A stretch of 32,000 nt of DNA. Origin: Phycisphaera mikurensis NBRC 102666. GTDB lineage: Bacteria > Planctomycetota > Phycisphaerae > Phycisphaerales > Phycisphaeraceae. The DNA lies in contig NC_017080.1 of NCBI RefSeq assembly GCF_000284115.1, forward strand, positions 2,790,001 to 2,822,000, given 5' to 3'. Shown here piece by piece: positions 21,420-30,660 of this stretch. The position numbers and the translations under genes are program-made. How positions within the stretch are numbered: the first letter of the stretch is position 1; each line of letters opens with the position of its first letter. The notes below the pieces were generated by a model, which worked only from the letters and a program-made list of their open reading frames with translations, made no database searches and had not been told where the DNA came from.

Positions 21420-21658
21420 ACTTCGCTCCTTCCCTCGTCGACGAGCCGCCTGAGCTCATCGGGCGACATCGTCATCGACTCGGCGGCACGCTTCATCCGC
21501 TCCACGGCCCGCTGCCCCCGCGTCGGCTTCGTCTCGCCCTCGCAGTGCCTCAGGACCACCCGCCTGACCCATGCCTCCGCGTCGGGTTCTCCCTCCGCCT
21601 CGGCACGAGCCCGCACTTTCTCCAGCGTCGCTTCGTCCAGATCTAGCGTGAGCGTCAT
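21416..21658 (-). CDS. VapB-like antitoxin
   Basis: 80 aa [41 protein letters not shown]...[16 protein letters not shown]; overlaps the PIN ORF start by 4 nt, typical TA arrangement. Confidence 0.65.
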   Translation of the reverse strand: MTLTLDLDEATLEKVRARAEAEGEPDAEAWVRRVVLRHCEGETKPTRGQRAVERMKRAAESMTMSPDELRRLVDEGRSEV

Positions 21659-21776
21659 CAAGCGATCGTACCCCCGGTACCCTGCCGCTTCGCCGCCGCT
21701 CCGCGAGGAGGGGGCGACCCGAAACCACGCCCCGAAGGATCCCTCCGCCGAACGCCCGGCCGGGGGCCGGAACATT

Positions 21777-23585
21777 TTGCTCGACTTCTTCAAGAAACGC
21801 CCCGCGAACGTCAAGAACGACGTGCTCTCCGGCCTCACCGTCGCCCTCGCGCTCGTGCCCGAGGCGATCGCTTTCGCCTTCGTCGCGGGCGTGTCGCCGA
21901 TCATCGGGCTCTACTCGGCCTTCTTCCTCGGGCTGATCACGGCGGTCGTCGGCGGCCGGCCGGGGATGATCTCCGGGGCGACCGGGGCGATGGCGGTGGT
22001 GGTGGTGAGCCTCGTGGCGATCCACGGCGTGGAGTACCTCTTCCCCACGGTGATGCTCTGCGGGCTGCTCCAGGTGCTCGTGGGCGTCGGCCGGCTGGGC
22101 AAGCTCATCCGCATGGTGCCGGCGTCGGTGATGCTCGGCTTCGTGAACGGGCTGGCGATCGTGATCGGGCTCGCGCAGCTGGGCAGCTTCAAGACGCTCG
22201 GCGAGATGGGCGACCTCGTCTACCTCTCCGGCACGCCGCTGGTCGCGATGCTCGGGCTGGTGGGCCTCACCATGCTCATCATCTGGGGCCTGCCCAAGCT
22301 GACCACGGCCGTGCCGTCGTCGCTGGTGGCGATCCTGGTGGTCAGCGGCCTCGCCGCGGGGCTCAACGCCGCCTGGGACGGATCCGGATCCGCGGACCGC
22401 GGCCCCGTGGCGGCCGAAACCGCCGCGGTCCGCGGCTCCGCGGCGGCGGAGCTGGTGCCCACGGTGGGCAGCATGCTCGGCACCAACGCCAAGGCCGCGG
22501 CGGTGAAGGAGTCGCTGGGCGTGCGGGTCGACGACCACGGGAACGCGGCCGCCGCCGGCCCCACGACCGAGCTGGATCCCGAGCAGGTGCAGGCCGCCGT
22601 GGCGGCGGCCTTCGCCACCGTCGACGCCGATCCCTCGGCGTCGAGCATCTCCGCGGGCCTGCCGATCCCCTTCTTCCTGGACGCCGCCTACGAGACGCTG
22701 CCGCCGATCAGCCTGGCGACGCTGTGGATCATCTTCCCGTTCGCGCTGACGCTGGCCGGCGTGGGCCTCATCGAGTCGCTGATGACGCTCACGCTCATCG
22801 ACGAGATCACCGACACCCGCGGCCGGGGCAACCGCGAGTGCGTCGGGCAGGGCGTCGCGAACCTCACCTGCGGCTTCTTCGGCGGCATGGGCGGCTGCGC
22901 GATGATCGGCCAGTCGCTCATCAACGTGAACAGCGGCGGCCGCGGCCGGCTCTCCGGCGTCACCGCCGCGGTGTGCCTGCTGGCCTTCGTGCTGTTCCTG
23001 GCCCCGTGGATCGAGATGATCTCGATGGCCGCCCTGGTGGGCGTGATGTTCATGGTGGTGATCGGCACCTTCGAGTGGGCGTCGATCAAGATGGCCCGCA
23101 AGATGCCCCGCGCCGACACGCTGGTGATGATCCTGGTCGCCGGCTACACGGTGATCTTCCACGACCTCGCCACCGCCGTGATCCTCGGCGTCGCCGCAGC
23201 GGCGCTGGTCTTCGCGTGGCAGCACGCCACGCACCTCTTCGCCGACACGAAGATCGAGGACAACCTCCAGGGCGGCAAGACCAAGCGGTACCAGCTGCAC
23301 GGCCCGCTGTTCTTCGCCAGCGTCCGGAGCTTCAAGGAGCTCTTCGACGTCGCCAACGATCCCGACGACGTCGTGATCGACTTCTACTACACCCGCGTCT
23401 ACGACCAGAGCGGCCTGGAGGCGGTGAGCGCGATCAGCGAGAAGTACCAGGCCGCCGGCAAGCGGGTCCACCTCACGCACCTCTCCGAGGAGTGCCGCCG
23501 GCTGCTGGACAAGGCCGGCGACCTCGTCGAGGTGAACGTCAGCGAGGACCCGCAGTACCACGTCGCGACGGATCGGCTGGGCTGA
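21777..23585 (+). CDS. SulP family anion/sulfate transporter with STAS domain
   Basis: About 602 aa; [72 protein letters not shown], later [36 protein letters not shown]. Start (TTG at 21777) uncertain. Confidence 0.93.
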   Translation: MLDFFKKRPANVKNDVLSGLTVALALVPEAIAFAFVAGVSPIIGLYSAFFLGLITAVVGGRPGMISGATGAMAVVVVSLVAIHGVEYLFPTVMLCGLLQVLVGVGRLGKLIRMVPASVMLGFVNGLAIVIGLAQLGSFKTLGEMGDLVYLSGTPLVAMLGLVGLTMLIIWGLPKLTTAVPSSLVAILVVSGLAAGLNAAWDGSGSADRGPVAAETAAVRGSAAAELVPTVGSMLGTNAKAAAVKESLGVRVDDHGNAAAAGPTTELDPEQVQAAVAAAFATVDADPSASSISAGLPIPFFLDAAYETLPPISLATLWIIFPFALTLAGVGLIESLMTLTLIDEITDTRGRGNRECVGQGVANLTCGFFGGMGGCAMIGQSLINVNSGGRGRLSGVTAAVCLLAFVLFLAPWIEMISMAALVGVMFMVVIGTFEWASIKMARKMPRADTLVMILVAGYTVIFHDLATAVILGVAAAALVFAWQHATHLFADTKIEDNLQGGKTKRYQLHGPLFFASVRSFKELFDVANDPDDVVIDFYYTRVYDQSGLEAVSAISEKYQAAGKRVHLTHLSEECRRLLDKAGDLVEVNVSEDPQYHVATDRLG

Positions 23586-23675
23586 CGCACGGCCGCCGCG
23601 CCGCCGGCCGCGGGTGCGTGCGGAGGCGCCACCTCCCGCGGGCACGCCGTCCGGCAGGGCGCTAGCGTCCGCGGG

Positions 23676-24629
23676 ATGAACCACACCGGGACCATCCGTG
23701 CGGGTGTGGTGGGGGCCGGCGTCTTCGGGAGCCACCACGCCCGCACGCTCGCGCTGGCGGGAGGCGTGGCACTGGCGGGGCTCAACGACGAAGACCGCGG
23801 GCGTGCGGAGGCGCTGGCCGCCTCCGGTGCGGCGGGATCGCCGCGGGTGTTCACCCGGCTGGAGGACTTGCTGGACGCGGTGGACGCGGTGGTCGTCGCA
23901 ACCCCGGCGCCGACGCACGCGGCGATCGCGGCGGCGGCGCTCAGACGCGGCGTCCACACGCTGGTCGAGAAGCCGCTGGCGACCACTCTCCCGGAGGCGG
24001 ACCTGTTGATCGGGCTCGCGGAGGAGAACGATCGGGTGCTGCAAGTCGGCCACCAGGAGAGTTTCGTGGCTCGGGCGTTGGGGCTGCCCGAGCACGGGCC
24101 GCCGCGGCGCTTCCGGGCGATCCGGCACGCCGTCCACTGCGGCCGGGGGACCGAGGTCTCGGTGGTGATGGACCTCATGATCCACGACCTCCACCTCGCC
24201 GTGATGCTCGCGGGCGTCGAACCCGACGAGGCGGACGCCGCGGAGGTCGCGTGCGAGGTGCGGGCCGCGAGCGAGGGGCGGCCGGACCGGGTGGAGGCGT
24301 GCTTCACGCTCGGGGACACGCGGTGCAAGCTGTCCGCCTCCCGCGTGGAGGCCCGGCCGATCCGACGCCTGGAGCTCGCGTACGCGCAGCAGAAGCTCGA
24401 CGTCGACCTCGCGAGACGGGAGGTGTCACGAGCCGTCGGCGCGGCGGCCGGGAGGGAAGCCGCCCGTGACGCGGACTCAAGCGGGCTCGCCGACCCGCTG
24501 TCCCGCGGCGCGGCGGCGTTCCTGCGGGCGATCCGCGGCGAGGGGCCGCCGGGGGTGAGCGGCCGCGAGGGCCGGGCGGCGTTGCGGCTGGCGCTCCAGG
24601 TGGAGCGCGCGGCGGAGGTGGCCGCGTGA
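23676..24629 (+). CDS. Gfo/Idh/MocA family NAD(P)-dependent oxidoreductase
   Basis: 317 aa; RAGVVGAGVFGSHHARTLA (Rossmann), VEKPLATTLPEADLLIGLAEE (EKP motif), VVMDLMIHDLHLAVML. Confidence 0.93.
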   Translation: MNHTGTIRAGVVGAGVFGSHHARTLALAGGVALAGLNDEDRGRAEALAASGAAGSPRVFTRLEDLLDAVDAVVVATPAPTHAAIAAAALRRGVHTLVEKPLATTLPEADLLIGLAEENDRVLQVGHQESFVARALGLPEHGPPRRFRAIRHAVHCGRGTEVSVVMDLMIHDLHLAVMLAGVEPDEADAAEVACEVRAASEGRPDRVEACFTLGDTRCKLSASRVEARPIRRLELAYAQQKLDVDLARREVSRAVGAAAGREAARDADSSGLADPLSRGAAAFLRAIRGEGPPGVSGREGRAALRLALQVERAAEVAA

Positions 24630-25795
24630 TGCTCGCTCCGCGAGCCGCCATCGACGCCCATCGGGAGGAGGCAGCGCCGCCGATCCTCTTCAACGACCTG
24701 GCGACCCAGCAGGCGCGGATCCGCGAGCGCGTGGAGCGGCGGCTGCGGGAGGTGCTCGACCACGGCCGCTACATCGACGGCCCCGAGATCGAGGAGCTGG
24801 AGGCGCGGCTCGCGTCCGCCGTGGGCGTGAGCCACTGCATCGCCTGCTCCTCGGGCACCGACGCCCTCTTGATGGCGCTGCTCGCGTGCGGCCTCCGCCC
24901 CGGCGACGCGGTGATGGTGCCCGCCTTCACTTACAACGCGACGGCCAACGCGGTGGTGCTCGCCGGCGGCGTGCCGGCCTTCGTCGACGTGGACCCGGCA
25001 AGCTTCATGATGGACTCCGCCGACCTCGCCGAGCGGGTGCGGGCGGCGAGATCCCGCGGCCTGCGGCCCCGGGTCGTGCTCGCGGTGGACCTCTTCGGGG
25101 CGCCCGCGGATTACGCGGCCCTGCGAGAGGTCTGCCAAGCGGAGGGGCTGACGCTCTACGCCGACGCGGCGCAGAGCTTCGGCGGCGAGCTGGCCGGCCG
25201 CCGCGTCGGCTCCCTCGCCGCCGCGACCGCCACCTCCTTCTACCCCGGCAAGGCGCTGGGCGGCTACGGCGACGGCGGCGCCCTCTTCACCGACGATCCC
25301 GGCTTCGCCGCCGCCTGCCGCAGCGTCCGCTGGCACGGCACCGACGAGCAGCGCGTAGAGAGCGTCCGCGTCGGCATCAACGGCCGCATGTCCAGCTTCC
25401 AGGCCGCCGTGCTGCTGGAGAAGGAGGCGATCTTCTGGGACGAGCGGGAGGCCCGGCGCCGGGTCGCCGCGGTGTACGACGAGCGGCTCGCCGGCCTCGC
25501 CGAGCCCCAGGCGGTTCCGCCGGGCGCCCGATCGGGCTGCGGCTACCACACCGTGGCCGTCGACCACCGCGACCGCGTGGCCGAGCGGATGGCCGCCGAG
25601 GGAGTTCCCACCGCCGTCTACTACCGCGTGCCGCTGCACCGCATGGCCGCCTTCGCCGCATACGCGTCGGGCGAGGCCCACCCCGCCGCCGAGTCGGTCG
25701 CCGGCCGCGTCCTGAGCCTGCCGATGCACGCGTATCTCACCGATGCGCAAGCCCACCGCGTCTGCGACGCCCTCGAGCGATCGCTGGGCCGTTGA
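24626..25795 (+). CDS. DegT/DnrJ/EryC1/StrS family aminotransferase (PLP)
   Basis: 389 aa; CSSGTDALLMALLACGLRPGDAVMVPAFTYNATANAVVLAGGVPAFVDVDP, DAAQSFGG, SFYPGKALGGYGDGGALFTDD. Start overlaps upstream stop. Confidence 0.95.
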   Translation: MMLAPRAAIDAHREEAAPPILFNDLATQQARIRERVERRLREVLDHGRYIDGPEIEELEARLASAVGVSHCIACSSGTDALLMALLACGLRPGDAVMVPAFTYNATANAVVLAGGVPAFVDVDPASFMMDSADLAERVRAARSRGLRPRVVLAVDLFGAPADYAALREVCQAEGLTLYADAAQSFGGELAGRRVGSLAAATATSFYPGKALGGYGDGGALFTDDPGFAAACRSVRWHGTDEQRVESVRVGINGRMSSFQAAVLLEKEAIFWDEREARRRVAAVYDERLAGLAEPQAVPPGARSGCGYHTVAVDHRDRVAERMAAEGVPTAVYYRVPLHRMAAFAAYASGEAHPAAESVAGRVLSLPMHAYLTDAQAHRVCDALERSLGR

Positions 25796-25870
25796 TGCAT
25801 CGGATCCGCGGACCGTCGGCTCCGCGACGCGATCGCCATCGCGGTCCGCGGCGAGACGCCGGACCCCGGC

Positions 25871-26458
25871 TCATGCGCCCGAACCGATCCGGCTCGGGGT
25901 CCCACGCCCTCCATGACCCAACCTTCCGAAGTCGGCCGACGCCCGGGTGCCACGCCGCTCGCGGGGTGGCAAGCGCGAGAGATCGTCGGGACGCGGCCAC
26001 CCCCCAAGGGGCGTGGCACCCCGCGAGCGCACGCCCTCCAGGGCCCAACCTCCGACCCATCTTCAGAAGTCGGCCGACGCCCGGGTGCCACGCCGCTCGC
26101 GGGGTGGCGAGTGCGAAAGATCGTCCGGACGCGGCCACCCCCCAAGGGGCGTGGCACCCCGCGAGCGCACGCCCTCCAGGGCCCGACCTCCGAGGTCGGC
26201 CGATACTCGGGTGCCACGCCGCTTGCGGGGTGGCAAGCGCGAGAGATCGTCGGGACGCGGCCACCCCCCAAGGGGCGTGGCACCCCGAAAGCAAACGCCC
26301 GAGCCGATCCGGCTCGGGGTCCCACACCCTCCATGACCCAACCTTCGAAGTCGACCGACGCCCGGGTGCCACGCCGCTTGCGGGGTGGCAAGCGCCGGAG
26401 ATCGCCGGGACGCGACCACCCCCCAAGGGGCGTGGCACCCCGCGAGCGAATGCCCGAG
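25871..26458. repeat. Four direct copies of a 77-bp composite palindromic element (REP/BIME-like) with longer flanking duplications
   Basis: Each copy is bounded by GGGTGCCACGCC...GGCGTGGCACCC: 25945-26021, 26083-26159, 26209-26285, 26364-26440. Flank GA(A/G)CCGATCCGGCTCGGGGTCCCAC(G/A)CCCTCCATGACCCAACCTTC occurs at 25881 and 26301. Confidence 0.95.
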
Positions 26459-26556
26459 GTGGTCATCGATGGACGACCGAACGCTCCGCGGGAGCGATTT
26501 GATCAGGCGCGGTCCCCCCACGGGGGCGGGCCCCCGAGCCTTCTCCGCGATCCGGA

Positions 26557-27300
26557 TCAGGCGGGCTTGGTGCCGGCCTCGGGGGCCTCGGTGACGTCGC
26601 CGCTGGTGCCGGTGGCTTCGGCGGCGGGGTCGCTGGCGCCGGCGTCGTCGGGGGTCGGCTCCTCCGCGGCCGGCGCTGCCGCCGCCACGGCGACGGCATC
26701 GGCGTCGGCGGCGTCGGCCGCGGCGGCGGGCGGTGCTTCGGGCTCCTGAGCGTCGGGCTGCTCGTGGCGCTCGGTCGAGTCGCCCTTCCGCAGCGAGGCG
26801 GCGAAGGCGGTCCGCTTGTCCGCCTGGTTGCGGCGGCGGCTGAAGCGGCCGTTCACCTGCGGGCCGCTCTCGTCGCCGACGAGCTGCACGACGCAGAGGT
26901 CGCTGCCGTCGCCGAGGCGGTGGGTGGCGAGCTTGACGATCCGGGTGCAACCGCCGGCACGGTTCGCGTAGCGGGGCGCAATCTCCTCGAAGAGGTGCTT
27001 GACGATCTTCGGCGCCGACTTCATCTCGCCGTACTTGTTGCGGACGACGCCGTCGGCGTCCTCGCTCTTGATCATCCACTTCTCGCCGCCGAGCTTGGCG
27101 ATGACGCGCCGCCGGCTGGCGAGGTCGCCCTTCTTCGCGGCGGAGATCAGCTTCTCGGCGAAGGGCTGGAAGCTCTTGGCCTTGGGGATCGTGGTGGTGA
27201 TCTGCCCGTGGGTGAACAGGCTCACGGCCATGTTCCGCCACATGGCGATCCGGTGGTTGGTGCGGCGTCCGAGGGTGCGGCCGGCGTAGCGGTGTCTCAT
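26557..27300 (-). CDS. rplQ: 50S ribosomal protein L17 with long low-complexity C-terminal extension
   Basis: ATG at 27300: MRHRYAGRTLGRRTNHRIAMWRNMAVSLFTHGQITTTIPKAKSFQPFAEKLISAAKKG...; tail of roughly 75 Ala/Asp/Glu/Pro-rich residues. Confidence 0.95.
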   Translation of the reverse strand: MRHRYAGRTLGRRTNHRIAMWRNMAVSLFTHGQITTTIPKAKSFQPFAEKLISAAKKGDLASRRRVIAKLGGEKWMIKSEDADGVVRNKYGEMKSAPKIVKHLFEEIAPRYANRAGGCTRIVKLATHRLGDGSDLCVVQLVGDESGPQVNGRFSRRRNQADKRTAFAASLRKGDSTERHEQPDAQEPEAPPAAAADAADADAVAVAAAAPAAEEPTPDDAGASDPAAEATGTSGDVTEAPEAGTKPA

Positions 27301-27598
27301 CGTGGGTTCCTTTTCTTGACCGCCGGTCGGCACGGAAGCCGCCGGCGAGGCCACTCGGGCCCGTCCGCCTGCGGCGGGGCCCGGCACATCCCGCGACACG
27401 CGGGTCGGGCAGCGGAGGCCCGGGTGGCCCCGGCCGCGACGCGGCCGGGGTGGGGGTCGGTCGAGGCCTCGGGCCGGGGGGTCCCCGGGTTGGCTTCGAG
27501 CCGGATGCATGCCCCGCGGCGTCGGCCGCCGGACACGCGGAGGCCGCCGCCTCCGGCCGCTCCTCGCGGACCGGGAGGCAGCCGCCCCCGGAGGAGCG

Positions 27599-28600
27599 TC
27601 ACGCCTCCAGGTCGTCGGGGAGCTGCATCCCGAGTTCGAGGTTCAGCTCGGCGAGCTTGCGCTTCACCTCCCGCAGCGAGGTCTTGCCGAAGCTGCGGAC
27701 CTTCAGGAGATCCGCCTCTTCGCGGCTCACCAGCTCGGCGACGTTGCTGATCTGCGCCGACTCCAGGCAGTTGCTCGCCCGGACCGAGAGGTCCATGTCG
27801 GCCACGGTCATCCGCAGCTTCTGGAGCAGGTCCTCGTCGACCTTCGCCGCGGCGGCGGCGTCGGCGGAGGCGACCTCCTGTCCGATGTCGAAGTAGTTGA
27901 CGAAGGGGTTGAGGTGCTTCCGCAGGATCTTGGCGGCCTCGACCAGGGCCATCTCCGGCGTGATCGTGCCGTCGGTCCAGACCTCCATCGTCAGCTTGTC
28001 GTAGTTGGTCTTCTGCCCGACGCGGGTGTCCTCGACCTTGTAGCGCACCCGGGTGACCGGCGAGTAGATCGCGTCGACGAAGATCCAACCGACCTCCTGC
28101 TCGTTCTCCTTGTTGTTCTCGATCTGCTCGGAGGCGGGCACGTAAGCCCGGCCCTTGCCGACCTTGAACTCCATGTCGAAGTCGACCTGCTTGGACAGCG
28201 TCGCGAGGATCTCGTCCTTGTTGTGGATCGTGATGCTCGTGTCGGCCTCGATGAGGTCGCACGTCACCTCGCCCGGACCCTCGGCCTGCAGCCGCATGGT
28301 CTTGGGCTCGTCGCCCTCGCAGGAGACCACCATCGACTTCACCTTGAGGATGATGTCGGTGACGTCCTCCATCACGCCCTCCAGGGACGTGAACTCGTGC
28401 TCGGCGCCCTTGATCTTGACGGCCGTGACGGCCGCGCCCTCGAGGGAGGAGAGCAGGATGCGGCGGAGCGAGTTGCCGATCGTGTTGCCGAAGCCGCGTT
28501 CGAAGGGCTCGCAGGTGAACTTGCCGTAGGTGTCCGAGGCGGTTTCCTGATCCAGGACCGTCCGGTGGGGGAGCTCGAGGCCGCGCCAGCGAATTCGCAT
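27599..28600 (-). CDS. rpoA: DNA-directed RNA polymerase subunit alpha
   Basis: 333 aa; FERGFGNTIGNSLRRILLSSLEGAAVTAVKIKGAEHEFTSLEGVMEDVTDIILKVK...; alphaCTD VRASNCLESAQISNVAELVSREEADLLKVRSFGKTSLREVKRKL. Confidence 0.97.
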   Translation of the reverse strand: MRIRWRGLELPHRTVLDQETASDTYGKFTCEPFERGFGNTIGNSLRRILLSSLEGAAVTAVKIKGAEHEFTSLEGVMEDVTDIILKVKSMVVSCEGDEPKTMRLQAEGPGEVTCDLIEADTSITIHNKDEILATLSKQVDFDMEFKVGKGRAYVPASEQIENNKENEQEVGWIFVDAIYSPVTRVRYKVEDTRVGQKTNYDKLTMEVWTDGTITPEMALVEAAKILRKHLNPFVNYFDIGQEVASADAAAAAKVDEDLLQKLRMTVADMDLSVRASNCLESAQISNVAELVSREEADLLKVRSFGKTSLREVKRKLAELNLELGMQLPDDLEA

Positions 28601-29049
28601 GATGGTTCCTTTGCCCGTGGTCGTGGGCGGTGTCCCGGCAGGTTCAGTGGTCGTGCTCGCTCGATCGGGTCTCGCCGCTGCGGGGCCGGCGAGGGATCTG
28701 CTGGAACACGGGGAAGGAAAGCTTGTTCAGGTCGTTGCGCGAGATCGGTAGGAGAAGCAGGGCACCGCGTTCATCCGACGTCGCCGCGAGTGGACGCTCC
28801 CGCACGGTCGGCCGGCCCTTCGCGCCCGCGGATCACCGGCATCCTGGCCGGGCGTCGCCCGGCCCGTGGCGTCTCGCGCCGCTCGGATGGCCGGGGAGGC
28901 GGACCTTCGTGGGGGTGCGGGTGGTCTCTCCCTCGCGCCCCCGGCAGGGTGAGGCCCCCCTGTCCGGTCGCCTCCGGCGACCGCCCGGCGGAGCCCGGCA
29001 CCGCTCGCACGACGCAGGATCGCTCAGCGATCCCCCGCCGAAGGCGGAA

Positions 29050-29430
29050 TCAAACCCGCCGCTTCTTGGGCGGGCGGCAGCCGTTGTGGGGGATCGGGGT
29101 GTGGTCCTCCACGGCGGTGACCTTGATGCCGTTGGCCTGCAGGGCCGTCACGGCGGACTCGCGGCCGGAGCCGGCGCCGCGGAGGCGGACCTCGACCTCG
29201 GTCATGCCGAAGCGCTTGGCCTTCTGGGCGCACTCCTCGGCGGCGCGCGTGGCGGCGAACGGCGTGCTCTTCCGCGAGCCCTTGAACCCGATCTGCCCGG
29301 CGGTGGAGGCGCACAGCGTCTCGCCGTTCACGTCGGTGATCGTGATCAGCGTGTTGTTGAAGGTCGCCTTCACGTGGGCGATGCCCCGGGTGACGGACTT
29401 GCGGGAGCGGCGTTGGGACTTCTTGGCCAA
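29050..29430 (-). CDS. rpsK: 30S ribosomal protein S11
   Basis: [60 protein letters not shown]...[12 protein letters not shown]; start taken at TTG (29430, [11 protein letters not shown]), alternative starts possible. Confidence 0.94.
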   Translation of the reverse strand: MAKKSQRRSRKSVTRGIAHVKATFNNTLITITDVNGETLCASTAGQIGFKGSRKSTPFAATRAAEECAQKAKRFGMTEVEVRLRGAGSGRESAVTALQANGIKVTAVEDHTPIPHNGCRPPKKRRV

Positions 29431-29597
29431 AACAGGGTCTCTCGGGCGGGAGGAAGTTGAGCGGATCCGGAGGCCGGTCACCGACGCTCGTCGGGCCGCA
29501 GATCCTGGCTTCGCGCGGGTTTCGGCGGGCCGTGGCGGTGCACGATCCGCAGGGGTGCTCGCGGGACCGGCTCCCGCGGACCGTCGCCCTCGGGGGG

Positions 29598-29631
29598 CAA
29601 AAACCGCTCCGATCCGCGGGAAGCGGATCGG
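29598..29631 (-). terminator. Intrinsic terminator/attenuator-like hairpin between rpsM and rpsK
   Basis: Minus strand CCGATCCGC-TTCCC-GCGGATCGG followed by AGCGGTTTTTG; perfect 9-bp stem plus T run. Confidence 0.5.
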
Positions 29632-29746
29632 GGCTGAAGCGGCCGGCCGGCGTGAGCCGACCGGACGCGAGCAGCGAGGCCGGTGGGAACCTCGCCGCTC
29701 AAGAGGCGGCCGGGCGGTGGGCCCGATGCCACCCCCGGGGGGAGGC

Positions 29747-30127
29747 TCACTTCGCCTTCACGCCCTTCTTGCCGGCGACCGTCTTCTTCCGGCCCTTCCG
29801 GGTGCGGGCGTTGGTCTGCGTCCGCTGGCCGCGGCAGGGCAGGCCCCGGCGGTGGCGGTCGCCGCGGTAGCAGCGGATGTCGCGGAGGCGGGCGATGTCC
29901 TGAGCGGTCTGCCGGCGGAGGCCGCCCTCGACCACGTAGTCGGCCTCGAGGATGCCCGCGAGCTTCGCGATCTGGTCCTCGTCGAGCGTGTGGGCGCGGG
30001 CCTCGGGGTCCAGGTCCGCCTTCGCGCAGAGCTCGAGGGCGGCCTTGGGGCCGATCCCGTAGATGTAGCGGAAGGAGATCCGCAGGGGCTTGTTGTCCGG
30101 GATCTCGGTGCCGATGATGCGTGGCAT
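29747..30127 (-). CDS. rpsM: 30S ribosomal protein S13
   Basis: ATG at 30127: [60 protein letters not shown]...[24 protein letters not shown]. Confidence 0.96.
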   Translation of the reverse strand: MPRIIGTEIPDNKPLRISFRYIYGIGPKAALELCAKADLDPEARAHTLDEDQIAKLAGILEADYVVEGGLRRQTAQDIARLRDIRCYRGDRHRRGLPCRGQRTQTNARTRKGRKKTVAGKKGVKAK

Positions 30128-30225
30128 GGGGGTTCCGCCGGGGGGGGCGGCCTTGGGTTGGGTTCGGGGGTCCGGAGGGTTCCGGAGGAGCGGGCGAGCG
30201 GCGGACGCCGCCCGCCGGCCTTGCT

Positions 30226-30381
30226 TCACTTCTTCACGCCGCGCTTGACCTTCGCTCCGCCCTGCCGGGCCTTGAACTTGGGGTTGGACTTGCAGATGAC
30301 GTAGACGCGGCCGCGGCGGCGGACGATCTGGCAGTCCTCGGAGCGGGACTTCAACTTGCCGATGGAGCTGACGACTTTCAT
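30226..30381 (-). CDS. rpmJ: 50S ribosomal protein L36, zinc-independent (YkgO-like) type
   Basis: ATG at 30381: [51 protein letters not shown]. Confidence 0.93.
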   Translation of the reverse strand: MKVVSSIGKLKSRSEDCQIVRRRGRVYVICKSNPKFKARQGGAKVKRGVKK

Positions 30382-30444
30382 GAGCGTTTCGCCTTCAGGC
30401 GGAGGGTGGACGAGGGAGCGGGTGCGAGGCAACAGACCCCCGCT

Positions 30445-30660
30445 TCAGCGGCGGTAGGTGATGCGGCCCTTGGTGAGGTCGTACGGGCTGATCTCGACCG
30501 ACACCACGTCGCCGGGCAGGATCCGGATGTAGTGCTTCCGCATCCGGCCGGAGATGGTCGCGATGATCTGGTGATCGTTCTCGAGCTTGACGCGGAACAT
30601 CGCGCTCGGGAGGGACTCGGTCACCTCCCCCTCGAACTGGAGCATGTCTTCTTTGGGCAC
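30445..30660 (-). CDS. infA: Translation initiation factor IF-1
   Basis: 71 aa from GTG at 30660: [71 protein letters not shown]. Confidence 0.95.
   Translation of the reverse strand: MPKEDMLQFEGEVTESLPSAMFRVKLENDHQIIATISGRMRKHYIRILPGDVVSVEISPYDLTKGRITYRR

Noticed and set aside
21777-23585. Carbonate-specific BicA-like assignment for the SulP transporter
   Set aside because: Sequence supports SulP family membership only; substrate cannot be assigned from the window.
25621-26749. Several ORFs through the 77-bp palindrome array (25621..26466 -, 25737..26438 -, 25913..26749 +, 24886..26502 +)
   Set aside because: Translations are just repeat-encoded Arg/Pro/Gly-rich peptides present on both strands; the DNA palindromes explain the pattern better.
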